In this document: positions 15,326-25,346 of the stretch, one piece after another | How positions within the stretch are numbered: position 1 is the first letter of the stretch | Layout of the letters: every line of letters begins with the position of its first letter | DNA from: a virus | Taxonomy: Duplodnaviria > Caudoviricetes | Length of the DNA stretch: 31,128 nt | Virus record (IMG/VR): IMGVR_UViG_3300032295_001996 | Location: 1-31,128 of that record | Direction: 5' to 3' (one strand) | Program-made: the position numbers and the translations under genes | Notes under the pieces: model-generated | Database searches by the model: none | The model's input: only the letters and a program-made list of their open reading frames with translations | What the model was told of the DNA's origin: nothing

Positions 15326-16470
15326 CGGTACAGTGCCGCGTAGTTTAGCCCAAGTCCCATGCCCAGCGGGCGGTTGTGATCCTCGTACCAGCCATTGCCG
15401 TTCCAGATGTCGCGGAAGTCCGCAAATGCGCGCTCGAATTTCGGGCGCACTGCGTCGAGAGAAAAGTTCTGGAAAGCAAACAGTGCCATCTTTGCCCGGT
15501 CAATCCGGTCAATGTTCCGAATTGCGCGCAAGATGTCGCCCATCGTGTTGCAGCGGTAACCGTTCACTCCATCAACGATGTACTCAGTCATTGCGCCGAA
15601 GTCAGTTGTGATCGGAACGCAACCGCTAAGCATCATTTCCACCGCAGTTCCACCAAACGGTTCCCAGTAGGTTGAAAGCAAGAAACCGAACTTGGCTTTT
15701 GCCATCAGTTCCTTCCGCGTCTGGATATCAGCGTAGCCGATAAAGTCCACATGTTGCGGCCATTCCTTGAGCCCAACGCCTTCAGGGCCGCCCTGCCCGG
15801 CCACCTTTAACCGGATTCCAAGTCGTCTGCACGCGTCAATGGCAATATCCAAGCCCTTGTTGACTCCAAGTCGCCCGATAAACAGTGCGTAGTTTTCGCG
15901 CTCTTGAGTTGCGTCAAAGTCTCTTGCGTCAAAGTAGTTTGGCACCACTCGGTGATACCAGTGCGGGTTGCAGTAAGAAACGCCTTCCGTGCCTGCATAG
16001 GCACCTTTAAGTGGATAGGACTCGTAACACCGAAACTGAGCAAAAGCCCATCCTGAGCCAATGCCGGGCTCAACAACGATCAAATCGTTTTCTGCGTTGG
16101 CAATATCGCACGCGGCTTTCGTGCCACTCCAAAATGCGAGCACTAAATCGCCACGCTTCTTGCGTTTTAGAATTTCTGCTCCTGCGTTTGTGTTGAACGT
16201 CTTGTGGGCAAAATCTTCAGAACTGTGTCGGAACTGGTTTTTGCGCCAATCGTAATTTCCGTAAGTTTTTTCAAGCACCTCGTTTGAGGTCACGTTGACA
16301 TGGACGTGCGCAGCAGTCTTCGAGTCTGGGTGCCCGTAATGAATGACGTTGTACTCGGTGCTGCCCTTAAACATTTCACAGAACTTGAGCACTTTTTGCG
16401 TAAAGGCGCACGCTGAGTAATCGGGATGCGTGACTGTGTGCGGAACTGCAAGAGCGTGGATATTCGTCAT
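15322..16470 (-). CDS. GT4 (GT-B) glycosyltransferase, 382 aa
   Basis: FIGRLGVNKG, EPFGGTAVEMMLSGCVPITTDFGA (EX7E), EYIVDGVNGY. Confidence 0.92.
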   Translation of the reverse strand: MTNIHALAVPHTVTHPDYSACAFTQKVLKFCEMFKGSTEYNVIHYGHPDSKTAAHVHVNVTSNEVLEKTYGNYDWRKNQFRHSSEDFAHKTFNTNAGAEILKRKKRGDLVLAFWSGTKAACDIANAENDLIVVEPGIGSGWAFAQFRCYESYPLKGAYAGTEGVSYCNPHWYHRVVPNYFDARDFDATQERENYALFIGRLGVNKGLDIAIDACRRLGIRLKVAGQGGPEGVGLKEWPQHVDFIGYADIQTRKELMAKAKFGFLLSTYWEPFGGTAVEMMLSGCVPITTDFGAMTEYIVDGVNGYRCNTMGDILRAIRNIDRIDRAKMALFAFQNFSLDAVRPKFERAFADFRDIWNGNGWYEDHNRPLGMGLGLNYAALYR

Positions 16471-16483
16471 GCCGGTAAATAGC

Positions 16484-16515
16484 AAAAGGCCCGCAGCCGT
16501 ACAAGACTGCGGGCC
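16484..16515 (-). terminator. Terminator after the fibre gene, overlapping a candidate promoter for the glycosyltransferase
   Basis: GGCCCGCAGTC-TTGTAC-GGCTGCGGGCC-TTTT. Confidence 0.75.
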
Positions 16516-16535
16516 CTTGAATTTGCCAATTTGGT

Positions 16536-18884
16536 TTAGGTGTAAATTGGAATATACCCAGAAACACCATTCCCCGTGGAGATGGCAACCCAATAAAGAG
16601 GCGTAGATGGATTACTCGGAGCAAATCCTACTGAAGTGCTTCCAATTTCCAAAGTCCAACTAAATCCAGTTGCTGAGGTTGGATCGTAATTGGTATTTGT
16701 ATTTACCGAACGATAAACAACACCATTGCGTTGAACAAGATCGTTAGTAATGTATGTGGCTGATGGATTCCATTCTTGGATTCCACTGGAAGCTGGAGCC
16801 CAATTTGTTCCATCAAACTTTAGCACTTGTGTCGCTGATGGCGCCGTCGAAGATACCGCCTGCCCTTGTAGTTTAACAGCGTTAACGTCTGAGGGAACGT
16901 AAGTTTCGCCGTTGTAGACCAAAACTTGTCCTTGTGCATTTGGAGCACTAACTGCAATTCCGGTAATCTTGACGGCGTCAACAAATCCGGACTGCCATTC
17001 GCTGCCATTCCAAACAAGCACATCGGCGTTTGATGGCGCCAGCGTTGCGATGTTTGTGCCCTTAAGCTGCGTCGCATTTGTAGACGGTGCACTGGGCTCC
17101 CATTCGGTGCCGTTATAAACAAGCCCTTCTCCAGAATTTGGAGCAGTAATGGAAATTGCAACGCCCTGCAAAGATGCAGCATTTGTGCTTGCATTAACAG
17201 GTTCCCAGATTGCATTTGCGTCATCCCAACCAAGCACTTGCCCATCGGTTGGTGCAGTGGCCGAAAGATTTCGGCCTTGAAGCGAAGTTGCGTCTCCGCC
17301 TCCACCTCCACCGGATCCAGTTGCACCGGTTGCGCCCTTGGCTCCAGTCACCTGAATTGCCAACACGTCAATGTGTGAACCATCAGCAATGGCCGTTGGG
17401 AAAACGATTTTGCTGTTTTCTGCGGTCGTGCCGGTGATCGAGAAGCCACCGTTGACTTCATCTGGTCGCTGAAACACGCCATCGATATAAACGAGGTATC
17501 CAGACTCGTCGTTCTGAGGGCCATCCCACCCAGAGATAGGGCCGAACTCGGTGAGGCTGCCGTTGCCCGTGAAGACTGGCGAAAGGACACCGCCGCCAAG
17601 TACAGGAGCCTGAGGGCCAGTGGCACCGGTTGCACCGACCTGACCCACTGCACCGGACAATGAAATGGTCCAGGACGAGTAAGTGCCAGAGCCAGCAAGC
17701 ACCGTGGTCACATTAACCACCAACGCGCCAGTTAGGGCGGTGTAGCTTGTAATGGTGCCCTGCATCCGGTTGTTGGCATCGTAAGCAAGGATGATTTGCT
17801 GGCCAACGCTGAGAGCCAGTCCGGTCTGCACGGTCAACGATTTGGATCCAACGGACAACGCAAGCGAGTCGGTAGACTGCGTGGTGTACTTGTCACCAGC
17901 CTGCCCGGTTGCACCCTGCTCGCCGCTGGGTCCGGTTGCACCCTGCACGCCCTGAGGGCCTTGTGGGCCCGTTGCTCCCACTTCCCCGGCAACTCCCTGC
18001 ACGCCCTGAGGGCCCTGCGGGCCGGTTGCGCCCTGCACGCCCTGAATTCCTTGGCTTCCCGTTGCCCCCTGATCCCCCTGAGGTCCGGTAGACCCCGTAA
18101 GTCCCTGAATTCCCTGCGCGCCGCTTGGCCCCTGTGCCCCTTGAGGGCCGGTTGCCCCCTGCGGGCCCGTTGCGCCGTCAACTCCAGCCACGCCTGAAGC
18201 TCCTTGTGCCCCCGAAGCCCCGACAGGGCCCGTCGCGCCGACTGCGCCCACTGCACCAGCAAGATTCACAGTCCAAGCGTTATAAGTGCCGCTGCCTGTG
18301 TTCTGGTTGACATCAACGACCATTGCACCAGTCCCAGAATTATAACTGGTCACAACACCGTGCATATGCTCGGGGTTGTCGGTATGTGAAATTATGACGG
18401 GTTGATTTTGCGTGTAAGCGAGTCCAGTCCCGACAGTTAAATTCTTAGTGCCATTACTGACCGTCAACGAGCTTGTCGAGGTCGTCTGGTATTTGTCCCC
18501 GAGTCCGGTTGCCCCTTGCTGGCCGGTCGCGCCCGTGCTCCCGATATTGCCCTGAGCTCCGCTAGGCCCCGAAGCCCCCTGCGCGCCGCTTGGCCCGGTA
18601 GCGCCCTGAATGCCGCTTGCGCCCACTTCGCCTTGCACTCCCTGAGGGCCCGTTGCTCCGATTTGGCCCTGCACCCCTTGCGGGCCCGTCGCGCCGGTAA
18701 CGCTTGCGCCTGAGGCACCTATGGGCCCAGTAGCGCCTACGTTGCCCTGAATGCCCTGAGGTCCATCATTGCCCGTCGCCCCCTGAATGCCCTGAGGGCC
18801 GGTTGCCCCTTGCTGGCCTTGTAGGGCACTCTGCGCTGCCTGGGAAATCATTCCCAGTTGGATTTTAGTTAGTTCTTGAGACAT
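16536..18884 (-). CDS. Collagen-like tail/virion fibre, 782 aa
   Basis: Long G-X-Y runs (GATGPQ), duplicated globular insert, five ~33-aa repeats, C-terminal WNPSATY...[11 protein letters not shown] (CBM5/12-like). Confidence 0.85.
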   Translation of the reverse strand: MSQELTKIQLGMISQAAQSALQGQQGATGPQGIQGATGNDGPQGIQGNVGATGPIGASGASVTGATGPQGVQGQIGATGPQGVQGEVGASGIQGATGPSGAQGASGPSGAQGNIGSTGATGQQGATGLGDKYQTTSTSSLTVSNGTKNLTVGTGLAYTQNQPVIISHTDNPEHMHGVVTSYNSGTGAMVVDVNQNTGSGTYNAWTVNLAGAVGAVGATGPVGASGAQGASGVAGVDGATGPQGATGPQGAQGPSGAQGIQGLTGSTGPQGDQGATGSQGIQGVQGATGPQGPQGVQGVAGEVGATGPQGPQGVQGATGPSGEQGATGQAGDKYTTQSTDSLALSVGSKSLTVQTGLALSVGQQIILAYDANNRMQGTITSYTALTGALVVNVTTVLAGSGTYSSWTISLSGAVGQVGATGATGPQAPVLGGGVLSPVFTGNGSLTEFGPISGWDGPQNDESGYLVYIDGVFQRPDEVNGGFSITGTTAENSKIVFPTAIADGSHIDVLAIQVTGAKGATGATGSGGGGGGDATSLQGRNLSATAPTDGQVLGWDDANAIWEPVNASTNAASLQGVAISITAPNSGEGLVYNGTEWEPSAPSTNATQLKGTNIATLAPSNADVLVWNGSEWQSGFVDAVKITGIAVSAPNAQGQVLVYNGETYVPSDVNAVKLQGQAVSSTAPSATQVLKFDGTNWAPASSGIQEWNPSATYITNDLVQRNGVVYRSVNTNTNYDPTSATGFSWTLEIGSTSVGFAPSNPSTPLYWVAISTGNGVSGYIPIYT

Positions 18885-18890
18885 AAGCTT

Positions 18891-19208
18891 TTAATTGTTT
18901 TGTGTGCGGATAAAAATGCGGGCCCCGTCGTAAATGGCCTCGGGAAAAAGGATTGTGCCGTTATTGTCTTCGAGAATGTCGAAACTGTACACGGGCTCTT
19001 GCTGAACGCCGTCGATGACAACTTCGTACTTTTGCGCATCAGTCGTTGAGAACCCTTCAATTGGGTGAAAGCTGGACTTGATGCCGTCGCCAGTGAACTG
19101 CGAAAGATACCATGTGCCTCCACCTCCGCCATCAGTCCCCGGGCGCCCTGGAGGGCCAGTAAACAACGTGACGACTAGCGGCACGTCAAAAGTATTTTGA
19201 CAACTCAT
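18891..19208 (-). CDS. Small tail/fibre-associated beta protein, 105 aa
   Basis: FTGDG...VVIDGVQQEP...ILFPEA, similar to a domain inside the fibre. Confidence 0.7.
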   Translation of the reverse strand: MSCQNTFDVPLVVTLFTGPPGRPGTDGGGGGTWYLSQFTGDGIKSSFHPIEGFSTTDAQKYEVVIDGVQQEPVYSFDILEDNNGTILFPEAIYDGARIFIRTQNN

Positions 19209-19525
19209 ACTATGGAGGTTCTGGCTTGGATTATGCGCATGTCCCAGCCATCGGGACGTTGGACGTCAATGGTAAGCTGTGCACCAAATTGCGCAGCAAG
19301 TGCGCCAGTCTGAGATTGGCTAAGGCGCAAGCAAACGGTGGTTGCGTCGGGCCTTACAATGCTGGGAGTCGTCAACGATGCTCCCGCAGAAGTCTTAAAA
19401 GTCGGCGTAACGATCCAGTCCGTGAGATCCGTGTAATCACTGCACGCTCCATCCTCTTGGATCCGAAACGAAAAATCCCAGTCGGTGCCTCTCTGAATCG
19501 TGGATGAAGTCTGGACGGCAACCAT
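19205..19525 (-). CDS. BppU-N-like tail adaptor, 106 aa
   Basis: TIQRGTDW...TDLTDW...LRLSQSQT pattern; precedes the fibre genes. Confidence 0.6.
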   Translation of the reverse strand: MVAVQTSSTIQRGTDWDFSFRIQEDGACSDYTDLTDWIVTPTFKTSAGASLTTPSIVRPDATTVCLRLSQSQTGALAAQFGAQLTIDVQRPDGWDMRIIQARTSIV

Positions 19526-19758
19526 TACACTCTAGGGTCTGGGACAAGGTAATTCTGGGCAGAATCGCAGCACCCGCTCACAGACTCCATCGTTGTCGGC
19601 CACGCTCGTGCCGCAATCTCGTCGTCCCTGCTTGGGAGTTTTCCCATTGGGCACTGTGGCGCCTCCTGAAGGATGTCCCATCGCGTAGGGCACCCTGCGT
19701 AACGGTCACAAGCTAAACACACCGCGGCGCGTTTGTCAGCAAGCCACTGTGGGATCAT
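19525..19758 (-). CDS. Cys-rich small tail-module protein, 77 aa
   Basis: RAAVCLAC...C...CPMGK...CC. Confidence 0.7.
   Translation of the reverse strand: MIPQWLADKRAAVCLACDRYAGCPTRWDILQEAPQCPMGKLPSRDDEIAARAWPTTMESVSGCCDSAQNYLVPDPRV
19541..19548 (-). promoter_or_regulatory. Late-gene motif CTTGTCCC, 15 nt before ATG 19525
   Basis: Exact 8-mer, same spacing as at 364 and 28716. Confidence 0.65.
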
Positions 19759-20354
19759 GCCGGGGTCAGTGCGTAAGTGATGGTCCCGGTTCCGATTGAG
19801 GTCTCGAGGTCGTCGGGCCGGTAATAAGTGATTTCCGCTCCGTTTTCGATCCGATTGTAAAACCCAAACGCCAAAGGCTCCTCGAGGTCATCAACAATTT
19901 GCACAAAGCCTTTGGTGATCTCTGTGGACTTCCTCCAAACGCCATCGGCACAAACGTAAAAAGGATCGTCACTGTTTTCGGGTTTGAATAACCCTGAAAT
20001 GAACGTCGGGAAGCTGGTAAATCCCCCGGTCAATATGCTTGCGCTTCTGTCTGGGTTGTCAGTCGTCGTGACGACTAGCGGACTAAACTCGTAGCTTTGG
20101 ATCGAGGTCAGGATATAGAACCGATCCCAGCCCGTCCAGTTGCTGCGTTTTGCGTAGTAGCTGGTGTAACCAGTGCCGCACCGCATTGCCCGCCGCGGGT
20201 AGGGCGGGCCCACATCAGGATAGCTGTGCGCCCCGGTAACCGTAACGTCTAGCGGTGCCCCTTCGGGATCAGGGTTCGGGATCTGGTACGCGCAATTCGC
20301 CGAGATACTCATCCCGGTGAGGTTTATTTGGTGCTGCCACTCGTAACAATTCAT
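19755..20354 (-). CDS. Hypothetical tail-module protein, 199 aa
   Basis: Four-base overlaps on both sides; beta-rich. Confidence 0.7.
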   Translation of the reverse strand: MNCYEWQHQINLTGMSISANCAYQIPNPDPEGAPLDVTVTGAHSYPDVGPPYPRRAMRCGTGYTSYYAKRSNWTGWDRFYILTSIQSYEFSPLVVTTTDNPDRSASILTGGFTSFPTFISGLFKPENSDDPFYVCADGVWRKSTEITKGFVQIVDDLEEPLAFGFYNRIENGAEITYYRPDDLETSIGTGTITYALTPA

Positions 20355-21682
20355 GCCGCACTCCAGTCAAGCAGGCAAGGGTTGGGTTGCGGTTGCGTGC
20401 ACACGTTCGTAATGCTCGTGATTTTGATAGGAGACCCTCCAGTCACCACGGTTGCGATCAGGATGTACTGCATCGTATCCGTGTTTTGCAGCAGTTCCTC
20501 GCTTTGCAGAATTGTAATAGCGTCAGAATCCGGGCCGATGGTCAGAGTCGTGATGTCCCAAGAAATTGCGGCGTAAATGTAAGAATTCGTTGCCAGCTCC
20601 AGGTAAAACGCCGGAAAGCCGATTCCCATCCCGTCGGGCCAGCGGCCGGCAATTTGGTTTTGAGCCACTTTTACGCGCAGAGTTGTGCCTTCAGTCGCGT
20701 CGGTCACACGGAAGTAAGCGCACGCTGTTCCGCCGCCGCCGCCGGAAACAAACGGAATCGCGCACGTGTTCAGGATCCAGCTAACGTATCTGTCGCCGGC
20801 TTCTGTCAGGCTGGTATTGAGTTCCGCCAGCTTAAAGTAGACGTAGGTGTCGGTGCTTTCCTGATAACTGTCGGACGTGAAAAGCGTGATGTTTCCAGGG
20901 TCTGTTTGGATTTTGCCGTTTACCAGAACCATCCCGCAATAAACCACCCAGAAGTCTGATGTGTCTGCAATCGAAAGTCGGAACGTGTCCGTCAGCGTCA
21001 TGTTGTCCGGCAGTGCGTTCGCGACAAGCCCGGAACGGATGGTCACGCGACACTCGCCGTCTCTGCTGTCGTCCTCCACGAGGAAAGGGCATTCCGGCGC
21101 CTGCCTCTGGTAGACGATGGGGCACACGTTCGTGACTTCCGAAATGTACGGTTTTCCGTCGTCGTCCAAAGTCTTTGTGATGATGGCAACCAGGATGCGC
21201 TGAAAAGTGCTGTTTCCTTCTGTAAAGTTGGATTCCACGCTAACGGTGATAGCGGCGGAAAACGGAAGGATCTCGTTTCTTTGATCCACTTCGATATTCA
21301 CGTACACGTATTCAACCCCCGCCTCTTGAGCGATGGTGATTTTGTACGGTGGTGCCCCAGAATCCCCGCTCATCCCCTCCGGGTAACGTCCGTTCGGGTA
21401 TGTTTCGTTTGCGGTTCCAAGGACTGGATTTTGTCCAATTTCAACTTTCAACACCAGTGTGCCGTCGTCCATTTCGGATGCGTCACTAACCTCAAAAGGA
21501 CAGGGAATTCCGGCCGCTTGTGAAGAAGGTTGTTGGTTAATGACGAGTGACGTTCCTCCGCTGGTTTCGCGTAAAAAATAGCCAATCCCAGGGCGCAATC
21601 TCGATTGCCGGACGGCACTGTTGAGCCGTTGAATGTGTTCGGCCAAGATGGCCATCCCTTTCTGGACGTCTGGTAAATCCAT
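20351..21682 (-). CDS. Tail tip protein with three internal ~125-aa repeats, 443 aa
   Basis: Repeats begin CPFEVSD/CPFLVED/CAYFRVTD and end NVC/NTC/NVC. Confidence 0.7.
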   Translation of the reverse strand: MDLPDVQKGMAILAEHIQRLNSAVRQSRLRPGIGYFLRETSGGTSLVINQQPSSQAAGIPCPFEVSDASEMDDGTLVLKVEIGQNPVLGTANETYPNGRYPEGMSGDSGAPPYKITIAQEAGVEYVYVNIEVDQRNEILPFSAAITVSVESNFTEGNSTFQRILVAIITKTLDDDGKPYISEVTNVCPIVYQRQAPECPFLVEDDSRDGECRVTIRSGLVANALPDNMTLTDTFRLSIADTSDFWVVYCGMVLVNGKIQTDPGNITLFTSDSYQESTDTYVYFKLAELNTSLTEAGDRYVSWILNTCAIPFVSGGGGGTACAYFRVTDATEGTTLRVKVAQNQIAGRWPDGMGIGFPAFYLELATNSYIYAAISWDITTLTIGPDSDAITILQSEELLQNTDTMQYILIATVVTGGSPIKITSITNVCTQPQPNPCLLDWSAA

Positions 21683-21685
21683 TGT

Positions 21686-22348
21686 TTACGGGCCGTAAAT
21701 GTAGCTATCCCACTTGCCAGGTCTGGACGTCAACCATTCACGCGTGACGCGAAACAAATTACCTTCCTGCACCGAAGTCGCTCCGGTGAACAGAAAATTA
21801 ACCTGGCTACTGAAGTTAAATGGACACCCTTGGATGTCATTTGCAGCAAATCCGACACCCGTCAAAGATGGTGGCGTGCTGTAAACTTTCTGGTTTTTAA
21901 CCACGATCCGCGGCGTGAGGTATTCAATTTCCCCGCGATTGTATCGCAGCAGTAATTGCTGCACGTATTCGTTCGCAGAGTTTTTCGGAAAACCATTCGG
22001 AAAGGTTTCCGGGCCGGCTTCACGGCCTGCTTTCCACTGCGCCCAGTAACCCTTTTCCACCGCGCTGATGTTGTTTTTGAACAGCAAGAAAGTCTCGATT
22101 GGATCCGTAACCGTAGAAACGTCTAGACTCCAAATTTCTGGGAATGCTGTGCCGCCACCGCCGCCGCCGGGGTCTGGCACTTGCTCTGTAAAAGTTTCGA
22201 CTAGGGTAAAAAGCCCGTCCGTTTGCGTCAGCGTGTAGCTGGATGCGTCAGCGGACGGGATGATCGTTTCAAACGATTCATAAGTGTTGGTGAGATATTT
22301 GTTCCCACGCGCATCTTTCCCGACTTCGGTTTTTGTTAGAGTGCTCAC
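21686..22348 (-). CDS. Distal tail/hub-like protein, 220 aa
   Basis: Immediately after the tape measure; function from synteny only. Confidence 0.55.
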   Translation of the reverse strand: MSTLTKTEVGKDARGNKYLTNTYESFETIIPSADASSYTLTQTDGLFTLVETFTEQVPDPGGGGGGTAFPEIWSLDVSTVTDPIETFLLFKNNISAVEKGYWAQWKAGREAGPETFPNGFPKNSANEYVQQLLLRYNRGEIEYLTPRIVVKNQKVYSTPPSLTGVGFAANDIQGCPFNFSSQVNFLFTGATSVQEGNLFRVTREWLTSRPGKWDSYIYGP

Positions 22349-24039
22349 GAGTAAAGGGCTTGTGGTACGGAACTGTTTTGCGGACGGCCAAGTTTTTCAA
22401 CCATCTTTGCGGTGTTCATGGCCGTCTGTTGCTGTGCAATTAGCTGCTGCCTTGCAACGTCAAGGGCACCGGTTTGTGGGCCACCGACGTCGCCGCCAAT
22501 TTTGGCAAGACTGGAAACGATCGGGTTCACGCTTTTTGCCGATGCTGCTGCCGCCGCTGCTGCTGGAGTTTCTCCCAGAGCAATGGCCTGCTCCCCCGGA
22601 GCTGGAGTTGCGAACTGTTTGCGCAACTCTTCGCCTGTCTGTGCTGCTCCAGCCGTTGCGCGTGATGTGATTTCGGCCATCTTTGCCCGTGCGGCTTCCA
22701 CTTCGCCTTCTCCTGCCTCCTGCGCGGCCTGGGCGCCGTCCACAAAGGCTTTCGGAACGCTTGCAATAGATTCCCCCAGCGAAACCGCTGCCCCCTTTAC
22801 TGCGGCCGCTCCGCGTTCTGCTAACCCTGAAACGGCGTTTTCGGAAATCAGTGTTTTCAGGACTTTCGAGCTGTCCCTGAGTTGTGCCAGGACAAAGGCA
22901 ATCCCCTGCTGCAAAACGCCCAGCAGTGCGTTGCCTGCCATGATTAGCCCTGCCTTTAGTGCGTCAATCAGTGCCCCGATGTTGATGGCTTCCTGAAGCC
23001 TAGAAAACGCCTCCGCGATGGCAACGGACGCGTCTAGCAAGATGGCACGGAATTCTGCCCCCGCGACAACAAGCCCGGCTTTGATGTACTCCAGGGCGTC
23101 CCCGTTCATGATTGCCTCCGCAATCGCCGCGGCGCCGGCACCAAGTTGGGCGCCAGCGGATGCCAGATCCATGTTGACAAGTGACTCCACCAGGGTTGCC
23201 AGTGGCTCAAGTGCCGGCGAGAATTCGCGGATGGCGTTTGCTAAGTTTTGCCCCCCGCTTGCGCTGGATTCCATGATTTTTAGGATGGTCGGTGCCACCC
23301 CGGACGCAATCCCGGTGAACAGCCCTTGAAGCTTGCCTTTTACCGCAACGGCCAAGCTGTTGAGGCTTGACCCCTGGGCGCCCATTAGCTGCATGATCCG
23401 GGCAAAAACGCCGGCGTTTGCCTGCATGATTTGAGCCTGGGCGCCAAGTGCCGATGCTGCGCTGTTGAGATTCTTAGGATCCAACGCCGCAATCATTTTG
23501 ACTCCGGAAGCCCCAAACACGGCCATCGCCGCCTGTGCCTGTTCGGTGGGGTGTTGAATTCCCCTGATCGCTGCCCCCACTGCGTTCATGCGGTCGGCAA
23601 CACTCATGTCGGCCAGTTCGCCCATCGTGATGCCGGCGCGTTGCAGAATGCTGACAAGCGGGCCTGTGTTATTTGCAGCTTGCTGGATTGCTGCGTTGAA
23701 CTTTTCCGTCGCGGGCGCCACGTCTTCGGTTTTGCCGCCCACTTCATCCATTGAGCGTTCCAACGCCATTATCTGTTCCACTGCCAGCCCGGTCTTATAA
23801 CTGGTGTCAACCAAGCGGGATCCTAGTTCAATGGTGCTTTGTACTCCCTTATAAACCGCCGCCCCGAGTGCCGCGATGCCGGCAGCAAGTCCTATCGCCG
23901 CGACCTTGAGTTTCCCCATGCCGTTGCCTTCGTCAACCTTGCCGGCATCGGATCGAAAATTATTGATAGCCTGCTTGGCAACGTCCATCCCGGCCAAGAA
24001 ACCGCGGACATCTAAGGCGAGTTGTGCGGTTGCGCTCAT
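22345..24039 (-). CDS. Tail tape measure protein, 564 aa
   Basis: Ala/Gly-rich helical protein, N-terminal LALDVRGF, longest helical ORF in the tail module. Confidence 0.85.
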   Translation of the reverse strand: MSATAQLALDVRGFLAGMDVAKQAINNFRSDAGKVDEGNGMGKLKVAAIGLAAGIAALGAAVYKGVQSTIELGSRLVDTSYKTGLAVEQIMALERSMDEVGGKTEDVAPATEKFNAAIQQAANNTGPLVSILQRAGITMGELADMSVADRMNAVGAAIRGIQHPTEQAQAAMAVFGASGVKMIAALDPKNLNSAASALGAQAQIMQANAGVFARIMQLMGAQGSSLNSLAVAVKGKLQGLFTGIASGVAPTILKIMESSASGGQNLANAIREFSPALEPLATLVESLVNMDLASAGAQLGAGAAAIAEAIMNGDALEYIKAGLVVAGAEFRAILLDASVAIAEAFSRLQEAINIGALIDALKAGLIMAGNALLGVLQQGIAFVLAQLRDSSKVLKTLISENAVSGLAERGAAAVKGAAVSLGESIASVPKAFVDGAQAAQEAGEGEVEAARAKMAEITSRATAGAAQTGEELRKQFATPAPGEQAIALGETPAAAAAAASAKSVNPIVSSLAKIGGDVGGPQTGALDVARQQLIAQQQTAMNTAKMVEKLGRPQNSSVPQALYS

Positions 24040-24755
24040 GTGTCGATAATTTTTTGCATTCCTTTCTCTGCGGCTTCCTTCGATTCACGTTCCATCTTTT
24101 TTGCCACAACTTCGGCGGCGAAATTCAACCGGCGTTGCATCCCTTGAATCCCGCCGGCGTAGTTCACTTGGTTCTCCGCCCGGATCTGAAGTTTATTAGA
24201 CGTGCGTGTCACGTTGATTGAACCCCGGCCGCTTTTGCCACTAATCCAACTAGGGGTGGGCACCCGGAACCGTTGCGCCGCCGCGTTCCATCCCGATTGC
24301 AAATATCCCACCCTGGAATGTAAGTTGCGGCGGATCATTTCAAGGGTGGGTGCGTCAATCTGCATTTTGACGCGTCCCCGGAAACGCCCGTTGGTGCGCT
24401 GCTTTTCGTACCAGCTTTGCGGGTCAGTGTCCGCTGCACTGAGAAGTTTTGACACCGCTTTTCCTGCCGCCTTTTTGCCTGCCAGGGTGGAGACGGCGCC
24501 TTTTGCTGTCACCACAAACGCGCGCCCCAGGTCTACGTCAATGGTGGCTTTTCCGCGGGAAAAGTCCACGCTGCCAACCACCCGGGCGCCCTTTGCTGGT
24601 GGCGTGACTCCGCGGACGTTCATCATGTATTCAGCGAAGGACACGGCCATCAATTCCGGCAACACAACACCACCGGTTGCTATACCTTCGGCAATCCTGG
24701 CAAGCATCGCGGCGCCCCACTCTGCCTGGGCTTCATTCAACTCAAGCTTAATCAT
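24036..24755 (-). CDS. Basic tail-completion/neck protein (HK97 gp10-like), 239 aa
   Basis: TPP...VGYLQSGW...NQVNYA pattern. Confidence 0.55.
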   Translation of the reverse strand: MIKLELNEAQAEWGAAMLARIAEGIATGGVVLPELMAVSFAEYMMNVRGVTPPAKGARVVGSVDFSRGKATIDVDLGRAFVVTAKGAVSTLAGKKAAGKAVSKLLSAADTDPQSWYEKQRTNGRFRGRVKMQIDAPTLEMIRRNLHSRVGYLQSGWNAAAQRFRVPTPSWISGKSGRGSINVTRTSNKLQIRAENQVNYAGGIQGMQRRLNFAAEVVAKKMERESKEAAEKGMQKIIDT

Positions 24756-24975
24756 CTTCAACCTCCTCGTCAGTGAACGCCAGAAGTCGGTTCAGTTGCT
24801 CCACTGGTTTTGCAGTTTCGCGCACCGTCCAGGCGCCGGCACTCCACAGTGCGGCGTGGTAGTACTGGAGTGAGCGTGCCATTGGCAAATCGAGAATGGT
24901 GTCCTCAGTCCAACCGGTTTCTTTTGCCAGGGTGAAGATAAATGAAGCCTCCCACCCCGGCGCAATTAGTTTCCC
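24748..24975 (-). CDS. -1 frameshift extension (gpT-like part) of the tail assembly chaperone
   Basis: Open -1 frame from G GGA AAC: KLIAPGWEASFIFTLAKETGWTEDTILDLPMARSLQYYHAALWS...EEVEDD*; not in ORF track. Confidence 0.85.
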   Translation of the reverse strand, partial: GKLIAPGWEASFIFTLAKETGWTEDTILDLPMARSLQYYHAALWSAGAWTVRETAKPVEQLNRLLAFTDEEVEDD

Positions 24976-25346
24976 GGCGCGTCCTTGTCTGTAGAGTCCG
25001 AACGCGGCACCACCTGGACGCTGTTCTCCTTAATCTCCGCGGCCACCCGGTTGATCTCCGCCACAAGCTTCGGCAGTGCCATCAATGGCATGGAGTCGGC
25101 AAACGCGTGTATTTGATCCCACGCCGTGCCGTCGTCGATTGCCTTGCGCACCACGCCGATGGGTTGCGAGCGTTCCCACGCCAGGGCGATGATTTGCTCC
25201 TCGATTTGCAGTTGAGAAAGTTCAGTCGGTTCTGAGTCGGTGAACAACGTCAACCCGAGTGCCATGCAGTTCAGCCGGCTCCGGAGAGAAAAGGGTCGAA
25301 GTGATAGCCCGTCAATCTCGATCGGGCCTTGCAGGAAGGGTGTCAT
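24966..25346 (-). CDS. Tail assembly chaperone (gpG-like), 126 aa
   Basis: Ends ...GCG CCG GGA AAC TAA with slippery GGGAAAC; ATGA overlap at start. Confidence 0.8.
   Translation of the reverse strand: MTPFLQGPIEIDGLSLRPFSLRSRLNCMALGLTLFTDSEPTELSQLQIEEQIIALAWERSQPIGVVRKAIDDGTAWDQIHAFADSMPLMALPKLVAEINRVAAEIKENSVQVVPRSDSTDKDAPGN

Noticed and set aside
17890-18820. Tandem DNA repeats as a non-coding array or DGR template
   Set aside because: Explained by collagen G-X-Y codons; no reverse transcriptase and no adenine-specific TR/VR pair seen
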